Below, piece after piece: positions 40,287 through 50,743 of a stretch of DNA of 64,000 nucleotides. The first letter of the stretch is position 1. Each line of letters opens with the position of its first letter. This DNA is from Ignavibacteriota bacterium (GTDB lineage Bacteria; Bacteroidota; Ignavibacteria; UBA10030), in NCBI GenBank assembly GCA_963701295.1, contig OY969585.1:3456001-3520000 (forward strand). The letters run 5' to 3'. The translations under genes were made by a program, and so were the position numbers. A model generated the notes under the pieces. That model did not search any database and was not told the DNA's origin. It saw only the letters and a program-made list of their open reading frames with translations.

Positions 40287-41069
40287 TTACTTGATCTTTC
40301 CTACTCCCCATTTTTTCATCACCTCTAACATTTTGTTGTCAGTCAGGTCGTATTGGATGGGTGTAATGGAAATGTAATTATTCTGCACAGCTGCCTCGTC
40401 AAATTCTAAATCCGTATCGACTTTTTCCAGGCCGCCTGTGAGCCAATAATATTCTCGATTATTCGGGTCTCGTCTAAGATCAAATGTATCGTTCCAAATT
40501 GCTTTACCTTGCCGTGTGACGAGCACACCTTTAATATCTTTCGGTTTGAGCGGTGGGACGTTTACATTAAGAAGCGTACCGGGTGGAAGCCCGCGTTTAC
40601 CGATGAGTACCGCTAACTTTCGTGCTAACTGTGCAGGATAACGAAAATCTGCTGGTGCATATGTTGTTAGCGAGACTGCAATGGATGGAATGCCAAGGAT
40701 GGTTCCTTCTGTTGCCGCTGAAACCGTTCCTGAGTAAATGATGCTGATAGCGGTATTGGAACCGTGATTGACGCCGGAGACAACTAAATCCGGTGTGCGT
40801 TTGAGAATGGCGCGCACAGCAAGTTTTACGCAATCAGCTGGAGTTCCCTGCACAGCGTATCCGAAGAATTTTCCGTTCTTCTTGAACTCTTTTACACGCA
40901 GCGGATAATTCATCGTGATGGCATGACCTACAGCACTCTGTTGTTTATCCGGTGCCACGACTGTCACATTGCCGACCTTCTTCATCTCCTGAACAAGCGC
41001 ATAAATTCCAGGTGCGTCAATACCGTCATCATTGGAGACAAGAATATTGAGTTTACGTTTTGATTTCAT
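40287..41069 (-). CDS. surE: 5'/3'-nucleotidase SurE
   Basis: ILVSNDDG, GTPADCV, SGVNHG, YSGTVSAA. Confidence 0.97.
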   Translation of the reverse strand: MKSKRKLNILVSNDDGIDAPGIYALVQEMKKVGNVTVVAPDKQQSAVGHAITMNYPLRVKEFKKNGKFFGYAVQGTPADCVKLAVRAILKRTPDLVVSGVNHGSNTAISIIYSGTVSAATEGTILGIPSIAVSLTTYAPADFRYPAQLARKLAVLIGKRGLPPGTLLNVNVPPLKPKDIKGVLVTRQGKAIWNDTFDLRRDPNNREYYWLTGGLEKVDTDLEFDEAAVQNNYISITPIQYDLTDNKMLEVMKKWGVGKIK

Positions 41070-41151
41070 GTTTATTCAGAGATATGGAGAACAAAGTCCC
41101 TCCCCCACGCAGGAAGTCGGATATCGGTTTCTGCCGGTATGATAAAATGAG

Positions 41152-41976
41152 TTAGTAACTTTCTTTTTGAATTGGAAATTTTTCTTCCTTCACATCCTTT
41201 ACATACCCGCCCACACTTTGGCGGATTGTTTCAGATAAATGTGCATAGCGTCGTACAAATCGCGGATGAAAATCCTCATACAATCCCAACATATCTGATA
41301 CAACAAGAATCTGTCCATCGCAGTGCATTCCAGCGCCAATACCAATTGTTGGAATCTTGAGCGATCTCGTAATTTTTGCCGCAAGAGCTGCAGGAATTTT
41401 TTCCAGCACAACACTAAACGCTCCGGCTTCTTCCAGAGCCTTTGCATCTTTGAGCAATTGTTTTGCTTCGTCTGGTGTTGCACCGCGCGGAGTGAATCCA
41501 CCAAATTGATGAATCGACTGCGGCGTCAATCCGAGATGTCCGATGACTGGAATTCCTGCGCGCATAGTCATATGCACAAGATTTGCAATACGCTCGCCTC
41601 CTTCGAACTTCACGCCTCCGGCGCCGGTTTCTTTCATCACACGCCCCGCATTCCGGAATCCTTCTTCGTCGTTCGCCTGAAACGACATAAACGGCATATC
41701 CACAATAATCATCGCTCGATCAACACCGCGCACAACGCTTTTAGCATGATAGATCATTTCGTCGAGCGTAACGGGCAGCGTGGTTTCATGTCCCTGAAAT
41801 ACCATGCCAAGTGAATCGCCGACAAGGATCAAATCGACGCCCGCTTGATCCAATAAACGTGCCGTTATATAGTCATACGCTGTTAAGCATGCGATGCGTG
41901 TTTTTTCCTTTTTCATTGCCGCTATTACTTTTGTTGTAACTTTCTTTGGACCTGATGTAGTCGAGGAATTTTTCAT
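41152..41976 (-). CDS. panB: Ketopantoate hydroxymethyltransferase
   Basis: LTAYDY, LVGDSLG, DMPF, HLGLTPQS, IGIGAG. Confidence 0.97.
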   Translation of the reverse strand: MKNSSTTSGPKKVTTKVIAAMKKEKTRIACLTAYDYITARLLDQAGVDLILVGDSLGMVFQGHETTLPVTLDEMIYHAKSVVRGVDRAMIIVDMPFMSFQANDEEGFRNAGRVMKETGAGGVKFEGGERIANLVHMTMRAGIPVIGHLGLTPQSIHQFGGFTPRGATPDEAKQLLKDAKALEEAGAFSVVLEKIPAALAAKITRSLKIPTIGIGAGMHCDGQILVVSDMLGLYEDFHPRFVRRYAHLSETIRQSVGGYVKDVKEEKFPIQKESY

Positions 41977-42749
41977 ATATTCACCCTTAATTCTTCATCC
42001 ATCATATTCACAACTGCCGGTGCAATCGACCACGCCTTTTGAAATCCATGCAGGATTGCTTCTGCAATTTCTTCAAATGTTATCACCCGATTTAAAACGG
42101 TCGTGAGATCGGTAGTTTTTTCATTAAGCTCTCTATGCAGTGCATCGCGTTCTCCTTCCGATAAAGCACTTAAAAATTCCACCATTCGTTTATGGTCTGG
42201 ACCAAGTAGAATAGAACCGTGCTGCAAAACCACTTCTTCGCCATCATTTGTAGCATAACGCCGCTGGGCACTACCGACAAGTTTCTTTCCATAACATTTA
42301 ATTTCATATCGTCCGGTACTGGAAAAACATGCTGCTGCCGATGTCGTTCGATAAAGGGATGGAAAATGGGGTTGGCTTTTTTCAATGGCTGCCGACACAC
42401 CAAGTTCCAGCAAGCCACTTACTAATGCACGACTAATAGCATCATAGACAGAAAGAATGTTCTTCCCTTTTACACGCATCACCACGCTGTATGTGAGTTC
42501 TTCCGAATGCAGAATAGCTCGTCCACCTGTGGGACGACGAATAACATCGATTCCGGATGCTAAGGTTTTAGAAAGATCGATCTCGTCCATTGACTGATTC
42601 CAGCCAAGTGAGATAGCAAACGGCTGCCAACCATACACGCGGATAGTGGAATTGCCCACACCATTAACAAGTGCCCGTGCAAGAGCCATGTCATACTCCA
42701 TATTAAAAACACCGGAACGAATTCCGGTGTTTTCGAATCGCCAATTCAT
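41973..42749 (-). CDS. Lipoate-protein ligase A / octanoyltransferase family protein
   Basis: NM..D.AL, RRPTGGRAILH, KLVGSAQ, QHGSI; start taken at ATG 42749 (MNWRF). Confidence 0.9.
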   Translation of the reverse strand: MNWRFENTGIRSGVFNMEYDMALARALVNGVGNSTIRVYGWQPFAISLGWNQSMDEIDLSKTLASGIDVIRRPTGGRAILHSEELTYSVVMRVKGKNILSVYDAISRALVSGLLELGVSAAIEKSQPHFPSLYRTTSAAACFSSTGRYEIKCYGKKLVGSAQRRYATNDGEEVVLQHGSILLGPDHKRMVEFLSALSEGERDALHRELNEKTTDLTTVLNRVITFEEIAEAILHGFQKAWSIAPAVVNMMDEELRVNI

Positions 42750-42756
42750 CTTCTTC

Positions 42757-43548
42757 CTAGTGATGGCCAGGACCGGGAATGATACCGCGTTTGCTACCCG
42801 CAATGAAATTTAAAATATTTTGAATCTCCGGAGTTTGTTCCAACTCTTCTTTGATACGAGCAATTGCCTGTGAGACATTCAATTTTGATCGATACAAGAG
42901 GACATATGCTTTCTCGATAAGATCAATCGCTTTGGGAGAAAAACCGCGTCGGCGGAGACCGACGGTATTCAATCCTTCAAAAACCAATGGTTCCCGACCG
43001 GCACGAATGAACGGCGGAATATCTTTTGGTACTCGATAGCCACCACCGATCATCGTGTGATCTCCGATATGAACGAATTGATGTATCGGTGTCAACCCGC
43101 CAATGATCACCCAATTACCGAGAGTCACATGTCCTGCCAGCGGTACACTGTTTGCAAGTATACAATAATCCCCAATAATACAATCATGTGCAACGTGCGC
43201 ATTTGCCATGAACATGCAATTATTTCCAATGACCGTTTTTCCAGTTTCCACTGTGCCTCGGTTTATTGTAACATATTCACGGATGTCACATCGGTCGCCA
43301 ATTTCCAGGGTTGTAGACTCGCCTTTATATTTTAAATCTTGCGGTGGACCGCCGACAACTGCAAATGAAGCAATTCTGCACTCCTTTCCAAGCCGTGTTC
43401 CACGTTGGATGATAGCGTACGGTGCAACAATTGAGCCATCACCAATGACAACATCATCACCAATGATTGCCGAAGGACCAACGGTAACATTCTCTCCGAG
43501 CTGTGCTTTTTTACTTACCAATGCGAGTGGATCAATAACAACGCCCAT
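42757..43548 (-). CDS. lpxA: UDP-GlcNAc O-acyltransferase
   Basis: Hexapeptide repeats, PQDLKY, HVAHDC, LAGHV, IHQF. Confidence 0.97.
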   Translation of the reverse strand: MGVVIDPLALVSKKAQLGENVTVGPSAIIGDDVVIGDGSIVAPYAIIQRGTRLGKECRIASFAVVGGPPQDLKYKGESTTLEIGDRCDIREYVTINRGTVETGKTVIGNNCMFMANAHVAHDCIIGDYCILANSVPLAGHVTLGNWVIIGGLTPIHQFVHIGDHTMIGGGYRVPKDIPPFIRAGREPLVFEGLNTVGLRRRGFSPKAIDLIEKAYVLLYRSKLNVSQAIARIKEELEQTPEIQNILNFIAGSKRGIIPGPGHH

Positions 43549-43566
43549 AAATTTTTCTTCTCTGAA

Positions 43567-44997
43567 TTACTTTGATATTCCCGATGTTTTTGTTTTCCCC
43601 TCTTCACGATCAACGACTGCAGCAGTGAACTCACCTTCTGCTACAACATTACCGTCTACAAACGCCTGACCGCGAATCTGCATCACTTTTGATCGACGAG
43701 TCATAACCTGTACTTCGAGGATGAGTTGATCACCTGGCACCACCGGCTTACGAAACTTAACATTGTTGATTGCCATGAAGAAAACTAATTTATTTCCCAG
43801 GTTCTCAACACCGTTCAGCATGAGAACGCCACCAGTTTGCGCAAGCGCTTCGACGATCAAAACGCCAGGCATGATCGGTTGACCGGGGAAGTGACCTTCG
43901 AAGAACGGCTCATTCATCGTTACGTTCTTCACACCAACAACACGCTCATCCATCTGGAAATCAATAATTTTATCTATGAGAAGAAATGGATACCGATGCG
44001 GCAGAATTCTTTGAATAGCGTTGATATCAAAAATAACGCCTTCTTTTTTCTCATGTTGATATTTTCGTACTAGTTTTTTTTGCTGATAGAGCTTCCGTAC
44101 TTTACGAGCAAACTCTATATTCGCCGCGTGTCCTGGTCGCGCCGCAAGAATCTGTGCTTTGATGGGAGCTCCGATGAGTGCCAGATCACCAATCAAGTCA
44201 AGCAGCTTATGCCGTGCTGGCTCATTGCGATAATGAAGTTTTTTATCATTTAACACACCAGAGGAGCCAAGGATCACTGAATGATCAAGGCCAAGTTTAT
44301 GCGTCAGCTTTCTGAGTTCATCATCTGAAAGGTCACGATCCACAATGCATACTGCATTTTCAAGATTCCCACCTTTGATCAAGCCCTGATCGTACAATAT
44401 TTCTACTTCGTGAAGGAAACAAAATGTACGTGCTGAAGAGAATTCCGATACAAATTCTTTTTCAAGATTAAACAACCCAGTATGCTGACTTCCGAGTGCA
44501 GGATTGTTATAGTCAATCATAACGGTCAATCGAAAATCATCAGTCGGCAGTGCAACAATTTCCACTCCGCGTTGTGGATCTTGATAATGGATCACTTGAT
44601 CGATTATAAGATAATCCTTCGGTGCTTCCTGGTCTTCCAATCCGGCATCGAGCAACATATCCACAAAGGGCTTTGAACTGCCATCGCCTATAGGAGGTTC
44701 GATGTTGTCAAGCTCGATCAATATGTTATCCACCTGCAACCCGGCAATAGCAGCGAGAACATGTTCAACAGTGTGCACACGCGCTCCGTCGATGCCAAGC
44801 GTCGTTCCACGTTGGAGATCAACGACATGATCAACATCGGCCGGAATTTCCGGGGAATCATGCAGATCTACACGCCGAAACCTGATTCCATAATTTTCCG
44901 GTGCCGGTTTGAACACCATGGTTGTCGATACTCCTGTATGAAGTCCAACACCGGACATTGTAACAGGTCTCTTAATTGTCATTTGCTGAACAAGCAT
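43567..44997 (-). CDS. lpxC: Bifunctional LpxC deacetylase / FabZ dehydratase
   Basis: GVGLHTG, TVEHVLAA, HKLLDLIGD, then LPHRYPFLL and GHFPG..MPGVL. Confidence 0.97.
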   Translation of the reverse strand: MLVQQMTIKRPVTMSGVGLHTGVSTTMVFKPAPENYGIRFRRVDLHDSPEIPADVDHVVDLQRGTTLGIDGARVHTVEHVLAAIAGLQVDNILIELDNIEPPIGDGSSKPFVDMLLDAGLEDQEAPKDYLIIDQVIHYQDPQRGVEIVALPTDDFRLTVMIDYNNPALGSQHTGLFNLEKEFVSEFSSARTFCFLHEVEILYDQGLIKGGNLENAVCIVDRDLSDDELRKLTHKLGLDHSVILGSSGVLNDKKLHYRNEPARHKLLDLIGDLALIGAPIKAQILAARPGHAANIEFARKVRKLYQQKKLVRKYQHEKKEGVIFDINAIQRILPHRYPFLLIDKIIDFQMDERVVGVKNVTMNEPFFEGHFPGQPIMPGVLIVEALAQTGGVLMLNGVENLGNKLVFFMAINNVKFRKPVVPGDQLILEVQVMTRRSKVMQIRGQAFVDGNVVAEGEFTAAVVDREEGKTKTSGISK

Positions 44998-45011
44998 TCT
45001 TTTCCTCTTAT

Positions 45012-46077
45012 TTATTTTTCTAAAAGTTTTCTTTCGAGTTCTGCGACCTTCTTCTGAAGTGCAGTGAACTCGTGTAACATATCTGGCAGCATCTTCATCG
45101 CAATATATACGCGCTGGGCCTTGCGTGCTTCATCTGCAGGATAACCAAAATATGACTTTCCCGGTTCTTCGATGCTTTTGGGAATTCCCGATTGTGCCAT
45201 AATCACTGTGCGATCGGCAATCTCAATATGTCCGGCGATACCTACCTGTCCGGCAAGCATACAATGCTTCCCGATTTTTGAGCTTCCACTAATTCCGGCC
45301 TGAGCAGCAATGACTGAATGTTCCCCGATAACAACATTGTGTGCAATTTGAACAAGATTGTCTATCTTCACGCCGCTATGGATGTGCGTATCTCCCACGG
45401 TAGCGCGATCGATGGTCGTGTTTGCACCAATTTCCACATCATCATCAATAACAACAATTCCAAGCTGGGGGATTTTTTCGTAAGTCCCGTCTACCTTTGG
45501 AGCAAAACCAAATCCATCCGATCCAATTACTGCTCCGGCATGAAGAATAACCCTGTCGCCAATTTTGCACTGATGATAGACCACAACATTTGGATAGAGT
45601 ATGCATTCAGCACCAACTTGTGCATGATTCCCAATCACGCAACCTGCCCCAATCTTTGTGTTATCACCAATAAGCGCGTGTTCACCAATCACGGCGTGCG
45701 AACCAACAGAGATATTCTTTCCCACGGTCGCATTCGATGGAACGATGGCCGTCGAATGGATCCCGGGCGTAAACAGTTCCACAGTGGGTGTTATGCGTTT
45801 GAGCACATGCAGAAATGCTACATATGGATCCTCAACACGAATAAAGATAAGTGAAGCCCGACCTACATTTTTTTTAAGGTCGAGCTTTCGGGAAACAAGC
45901 ACAGCAGTTGCATGAGTAGGTACCGAGGTGCTTTTCGTACTTCGGGTTGGCAAGAAATGTTAGGCTGCCAGAATCAGCTTCTTCAATTTTTGCAACGCGT
46001 TCAATAGCCGGCGCATTCTCGACGTTATCTCCAATAACCTCGCCACCAAGCCACTCTGCAATCTCATGAATGGTCAT
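45012..46077 (-). CDS. lpxD: UDP-3-O-acylglucosamine N-acyltransferase (frameshift near 45918)
   Basis: ORF 45874-46077 (FLANPKY) and ORF 45012-45953 ([17 protein letters not shown]) join on removing one base. Confidence 0.93.
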
Positions 46078-46089
46078 AAGTCAGTCTTG

Positions 46090-46623
46090 CTATTTTCCGC
46101 TTGATACTGGCACCTTAAGTTTTATATATATTTTCTGCGTCAGGTCATATTTTTCATTTGCGTACATCAGGAGAATGTCACCGCTCTTATCGAAGACATA
46201 ATCGTACCCCTCTTCCTTCGCCACCTCTTGCACTGCTTTGAAAATACGATCTTGCACGGGCTTCATCAGTTCATTTTGTTTCTTAAACAATTCACCATTC
46301 TGTCCAAAATTTTGATTGCGGAAATCGGCGATCTTCTTGTCCATATCCTGTAATTCACGTTCGGCATCCGCACGTCGCTGTTCAGTCATGATAAGCTTTC
46401 GCTTATCATATTCATCGAATTTTTTCTTCCAGTCTTCCTGCATTTTATTGAGCTCTTGCTGCCAATCGGCGACTAATTTATTAAGTTGTGTCTGAGCATC
46501 CACTGCATCCGGAAGCTCTTTTAGAATTGCTTCAGAATTGAAATAGGCAATCTTCATTTGTGCGTTCGCCGGCACAAGAGATAACAATGCCAGGAAAATA
46601 ATAATGCTAAAGAGTTTTTTCAT
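46090..46623 (-). CDS. skp: OmpH/Skp periplasmic chaperone
   Basis: Signal peptide, KIAYFNS, GYDYVFDK, YDLT. Confidence 0.92.
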   Translation of the reverse strand: MKKLFSIIIFLALLSLVPANAQMKIAYFNSEAILKELPDAVDAQTQLNKLVADWQQELNKMQEDWKKKFDEYDKRKLIMTEQRRADAERELQDMDKKIADFRNQNFGQNGELFKKQNELMKPVQDRIFKAVQEVAKEEGYDYVFDKSGDILLMYANEKYDLTQKIYIKLKVPVSSGK

Positions 46624-46665
46624 ATTTTTCTTCTCCCTCTCATGTTCATTGGGAGACACCATCGA

Positions 46666-47232
46666 TTACTTAGTGTCATTGGACTTCGTGGACGCTGGAG
46701 CTGTCGATTCACCTGTCTTCAGCCGATCAATCACTTTATAGGTGAGATCATATTTTGAATCTGCATAAAGAAGATTTGTAGCGGCTTCCAACTTATCAAA
46801 TACAAAGTTGAATTTGCCTTCCTTTGCCACTCTCTCGATAACCTTCATTACTCGCTCCTGAATAGGTGCAAATTTCTTCTCACGCAGCTTCACGGCTTCA
46901 CCTTCACGCTGATCAAACTTCTGATACTGATAATCACGCGCTCTTTGCTGAAGCTCCTGCAAACTTTTTTCCTTATCGGCTTTTACCTTCGGATCAAGCA
47001 ACGCTTGTTTCTTTTGATAATCATCTAACCCATCTTGAAGTTCTTTGCCCATCCTCTCGAGTTCATCCTGCCATATTTTGATGGTAGTCTCAAGATCTTT
47101 CTTCACTTGTTGGGCTTCAGGAAGCTCACGAAGAATAGTCTCAGAATTGACATAGGCAATCTTGACTGATTGTGCCGTACTCATGGATGCAACAAGCATC
47201 ACTAGAACGGCAAGAAAAATGATTTTTTTCAC
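46666..47232 (-). CDS. skp: OmpH/Skp periplasmic chaperone (second copy)
   Basis: Signal peptide, KIAYVNS, FVFDK, YDLT. Confidence 0.92.
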   Translation of the reverse strand: MKKIIFLAVLVMLVASMSTAQSVKIAYVNSETILRELPEAQQVKKDLETTIKIWQDELERMGKELQDGLDDYQKKQALLDPKVKADKEKSLQELQQRARDYQYQKFDQREGEAVKLREKKFAPIQERVMKVIERVAKEGKFNFVFDKLEAATNLLYADSKYDLTYKVIDRLKTGESTAPASTKSNDTK

Positions 47233-47283
47233 AGTACCCTCTTTTGTTTAAGTGATTAAATATTTAACTACAGTTTTGTTTAT

Positions 47284-49671
47284 TTAAAACGATTTTCCAA
47301 ATTGGAAATGGAATTTCCATCCAGGAGCTGCATCGCCGGGTGTCGCTGCATCAAATCCATAACCATAATCAAAGCCGATGAGACCAATCGGATTAATAAG
47401 CAATCGAACGCCAAATCCCGCTGAGCGACGTAAATCGAGCATATCCATCTTAGAATGATCAAGCCATACATTGCCCGCTTCTGCAAAAAGCAATGTATAG
47501 ATGGGAATAGGATTCAATGTTAATGCAAATCGTAATTCCGTTGTATATTTCATCATCGCTTTACCACCAACATTACCGTTGAATGGACCAATGCTGTGAT
47601 CTTCGTAACCGCGCAGAGGAGTAACAGAAATTTGTCCAAGTCCGGTGCCGCCCATATAGAAAAGATCCTGGTACGGAACGTACCCATTGTTTCCAAATGG
47701 AAAAATAAGCCCAATAGTATTGGAGCTCATGATTGTTACTCGGCCAGAGCTTGTAAGAGGGACATACCAATCGGCGTTCAACATATGCTTGATATATTGC
47801 GCTGCTTGGAGTGCACCGCCAAATTTTGGACCACCGTTAATATCGGTTAATAATGAAAAGCTGGAACCGCGTGCAGGAAAAATCGGACTATCCGTGCTAT
47901 TACGGGAAATGACCTGCGAAATACCAAATTGACTTGTCGTTCCTTCAAGATAGTACATATCATAAGAAGCATTGCCAAGAGAATGATATGTATTTTCCTG
48001 AACACGCAATGTCCAATCGCCGCGGAAATACATATCAGGCCATTTAAATCGACGCCCGATCCTGATCGATGCTCCACGATAGTGTAAGTCAGCATATTGT
48101 GATTGTTGCGTATCGAAGATATTGAATCCGAACAGTGTCGGCGAGTCGAACATCCACGGTTCTGTAAAGCCAATATTGAATGTCCTATAATAACTGCTAA
48201 CGCCGAATTGATAATCCAATGACATTGTTTGACCGGCACCACCGCGAAACGGTTCGCTCAGTGAAAAGTTATTGAACGAAACTCCGAGACCACCGCTAAA
48301 CCCAAACGCGCCACTGTATCCTACAGACATATTGAATGTATCACTGGATTTTTCTTCAACAGTATATTCAAGCTCAACAGTTTTATTATCTTCAATCGGC
48401 CGAACGTCAGGTTTTAATTTTTCAGGATTAAAGTAATTTAACTGCTGCAACTGCCGCAGGCTTCTCATAATTAATTGCCGGCTGAAGTAATCACCTGGCT
48501 TCGTTAACAATTCACGACGAATAACCTTTTCGTACGTCTTCGTGTTTCCGGAAATCAAAACGCGGCCAACACGGAATTGATTCCTTTCATGTATTTGAAG
48601 TGTGATGTCAAGACTATCCTCTCCTACGACCTTCATTTCAGGCTCTACTTGAAAATACAAATATCCATTATCTGAATAGAGAGAGGTTACATCTGATTCT
48701 TCTTCGTTGCGTCGCAAATTTTGTTCGAATTTTTCCTGATTGAATACATCGCCCTGTTTAAACCCGAGCCGTGTACTCAACACATCGGCGGGATACACAG
48801 TGTTTCCTTCCCAGGAAATATTTCGGATAAAAAACTGCCGCCCTTCAGATAAATAGATATTGATGGTTAAATATTTTTTTGTCTTATCATAATTCAACGA
48901 GTCTGAAAGAATTTCAGCATCCCGGAATCCGTTTTTACGGTAGAAAGCAAGGATGAGATCTTTGTCTTCTTGATATTTTTTCTTGTCAAACTTGTTGGTC
49001 TGCCAAAATTTCCACCAAGATCGCTCGTTTGTCTCCTTCATCTCGCTTTTCAGGTCACCATCGTCATATTGTTTGTTGCCATGAAAATGGATATAGTCGA
49101 CCTTCACTTTCGGCCCCTCAGTAATTTCGATTTTCAATGCGACACGACCGGTTGTATCGTTGACTACAACGAGTTTTGGAACAATTTGGGCATTAAGATA
49201 CCCATCGCTATCATACTGATATTTGAGCAAACGAACAACCGTGGAAAGATCCTGTGATGTGATGATTTGACCTTTGACAAGATTGATTTTCTTAAGAACA
49301 TCATCTTCATCTAATTCATCATTTCCGGATACTTCAATGCGTTCTAAACGCGGATTCTCCTTTACTTTTATTAAAAGGAAAACTCCATCCTGAACTCGAT
49401 TTTCTATGAAGATTTGGACATCATCAAACAAGCGAAGATTATGCAATCTTTGAATAGCTAATTTCGTTTGCTCGCCCGGAATTGTGATTTCACTTCCGAC
49501 CTTCAATCCGGTGTTGGCGATGATAGCCGAGGGTTCACCCGAACGCTGTCCTTCTATATTAATGCCGAGGATTTTATAGACTTCTGATTTCGGTTGCTGC
49601 TGTCCAAATAAAGAACTGGATGAAATTATTACCAAGAGAAAGAGGAGGACGAGTTTATTATTTTGCGACAC
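47284..49671 (-). CDS. bamA: Outer membrane protein assembly factor BamA
   Basis: POTRA repeats, GNTKT..VIRRE, LRGY, C-terminal FHFQFGKSF. Confidence 0.96.
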   Translation of the reverse strand: MSQNNKLVLLFLLVIISSSSLFGQQQPKSEVYKILGINIEGQRSGEPSAIIANTGLKVGSEITIPGEQTKLAIQRLHNLRLFDDVQIFIENRVQDGVFLLIKVKENPRLERIEVSGNDELDEDDVLKKINLVKGQIITSQDLSTVVRLLKYQYDSDGYLNAQIVPKLVVVNDTTGRVALKIEITEGPKVKVDYIHFHGNKQYDDGDLKSEMKETNERSWWKFWQTNKFDKKKYQEDKDLILAFYRKNGFRDAEILSDSLNYDKTKKYLTINIYLSEGRQFFIRNISWEGNTVYPADVLSTRLGFKQGDVFNQEKFEQNLRRNEEESDVTSLYSDNGYLYFQVEPEMKVVGEDSLDITLQIHERNQFRVGRVLISGNTKTYEKVIRRELLTKPGDYFSRQLIMRSLRQLQQLNYFNPEKLKPDVRPIEDNKTVELEYTVEEKSSDTFNMSVGYSGAFGFSGGLGVSFNNFSLSEPFRGGAGQTMSLDYQFGVSSYYRTFNIGFTEPWMFDSPTLFGFNIFDTQQSQYADLHYRGASIRIGRRFKWPDMYFRGDWTLRVQENTYHSLGNASYDMYYLEGTTSQFGISQVISRNSTDSPIFPARGSSFSLLTDINGGPKFGGALQAAQYIKHMLNADWYVPLTSSGRVTIMSSNTIGLIFPFGNNGYVPYQDLFYMGGTGLGQISVTPLRGYEDHSIGPFNGNVGGKAMMKYTTELRFALTLNPIPIYTLLFAEAGNVWLDHSKMDMLDLRRSAGFGVRLLINPIGLIGFDYGYGFDAATPGDAAPGWKFHFQFGKSF

Positions 49672-50491
49672 TTTTCTTGAACCTTTCTATAAGTCGTGCT
49701 GAATGACTTTTCTTTAACGGCTGTAATTGTTCACTCACCATACCAAACCGACGTTCACGCTTTTGAAAGTCTTCAATTGCTTCATAAAGATGCTTCCGCC
49801 GAAAGGCAGGCCAAAATTCATCAGAAATATAAATTTCGGAATATGCTAACTGCCAAAGGAGAAAATTACTGATACGCAGTTCACCGCTCGTTCGAATCAG
49901 CAAATCCGGATCTGGAATATCCTTTGTCGAGAGGTATGTTCCGATTACTTCTTCGGTAATCTCCTCTTTCTTCAACACTCCCGTATGAATATCATCATAC
50001 ATCTCTTTGATGGCTTTTATAATATCCCATCGACCGCTGTAGCTCAACGCAAGCACAAGGGTTAAGCCACAATTCTCCCTCATCACTTCCATTGCGTCAC
50101 GCAATTCATTTGATACGTCATCGGGAAGTGCGTTAAATTCTCCAATTACCTGCAATCGGACTTCATTCTGATGAAGCCTGTCCCGTTCATCACGCAACGC
50201 CTTCACTATAAGGCGCATCAGCATGGAAACTTCATCTTGAGGTCGCTTCCAATTCTCAGTGGAGAACGTGTAGAGTGTGAGATATTTTACTCCAAGCTGC
50301 GCGCATGCTTCAACTATATCCCGGACAGAATTGACGCCTTCATTATGACCGGCGATTCTGGGCAACCCATTACGTTTTGCCCAGCGTCCGTTTCCATCCA
50401 TTATTATTGCAATGTGATTCGGTACTAAGCCTCCGGCAATGAGTTGTTCTTGGTTTTTCTTATCAGCTCCCGTTGCCTTGGCTAACGGCAC
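49658..50491 (-). CDS. uppS: Undecaprenyl diphosphate synthase
   Basis: HIAIIMDGNGRWA, FSTENWKRP, RTSGE.RISNFLLWQ. Confidence 0.97.
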   Translation of the reverse strand: MPLAKATGADKKNQEQLIAGGLVPNHIAIIMDGNGRWAKRNGLPRIAGHNEGVNSVRDIVEACAQLGVKYLTLYTFSTENWKRPQDEVSMLMRLIVKALRDERDRLHQNEVRLQVIGEFNALPDDVSNELRDAMEVMRENCGLTLVLALSYSGRWDIIKAIKEMYDDIHTGVLKKEEITEEVIGTYLSTKDIPDPDLLIRTSGELRISNFLLWQLAYSEIYISDEFWPAFRRKHLYEAIEDFQKRERRFGMVSEQLQPLKKSHSARLIERFKKSVAK

Positions 50492-50618
50492 AATTTCTCC
50501 ATTTTTGTAATTATCAAATGAGTATGACTGTAAATTTAACCTTTTTTGGAACGATAGTCAAAAAAAAGCATCTAAAAGAGTAATGAATCGTAAGGTGGAG
50601 GGTACGAATTCAAGTTTC

Positions 50619-50647
50619 TTGACTGCCCCTGTAAAAATGGTTATATT
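50619..50647 (+). promoter_or_regulatory. Putative sigma70 promoter of clpC
   Basis: TTGACT-17bp-TATATT. Confidence 0.55.
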
Positions 50648-50743
50648 GATTATGGAAACTTTAATTGCTTATTATAGGTTTATTAAGTAAGAAGTCAGAC
50701 GTCCTTACTGATGGATTCGTTCCGTCTTTGAGGGGAATGAACT

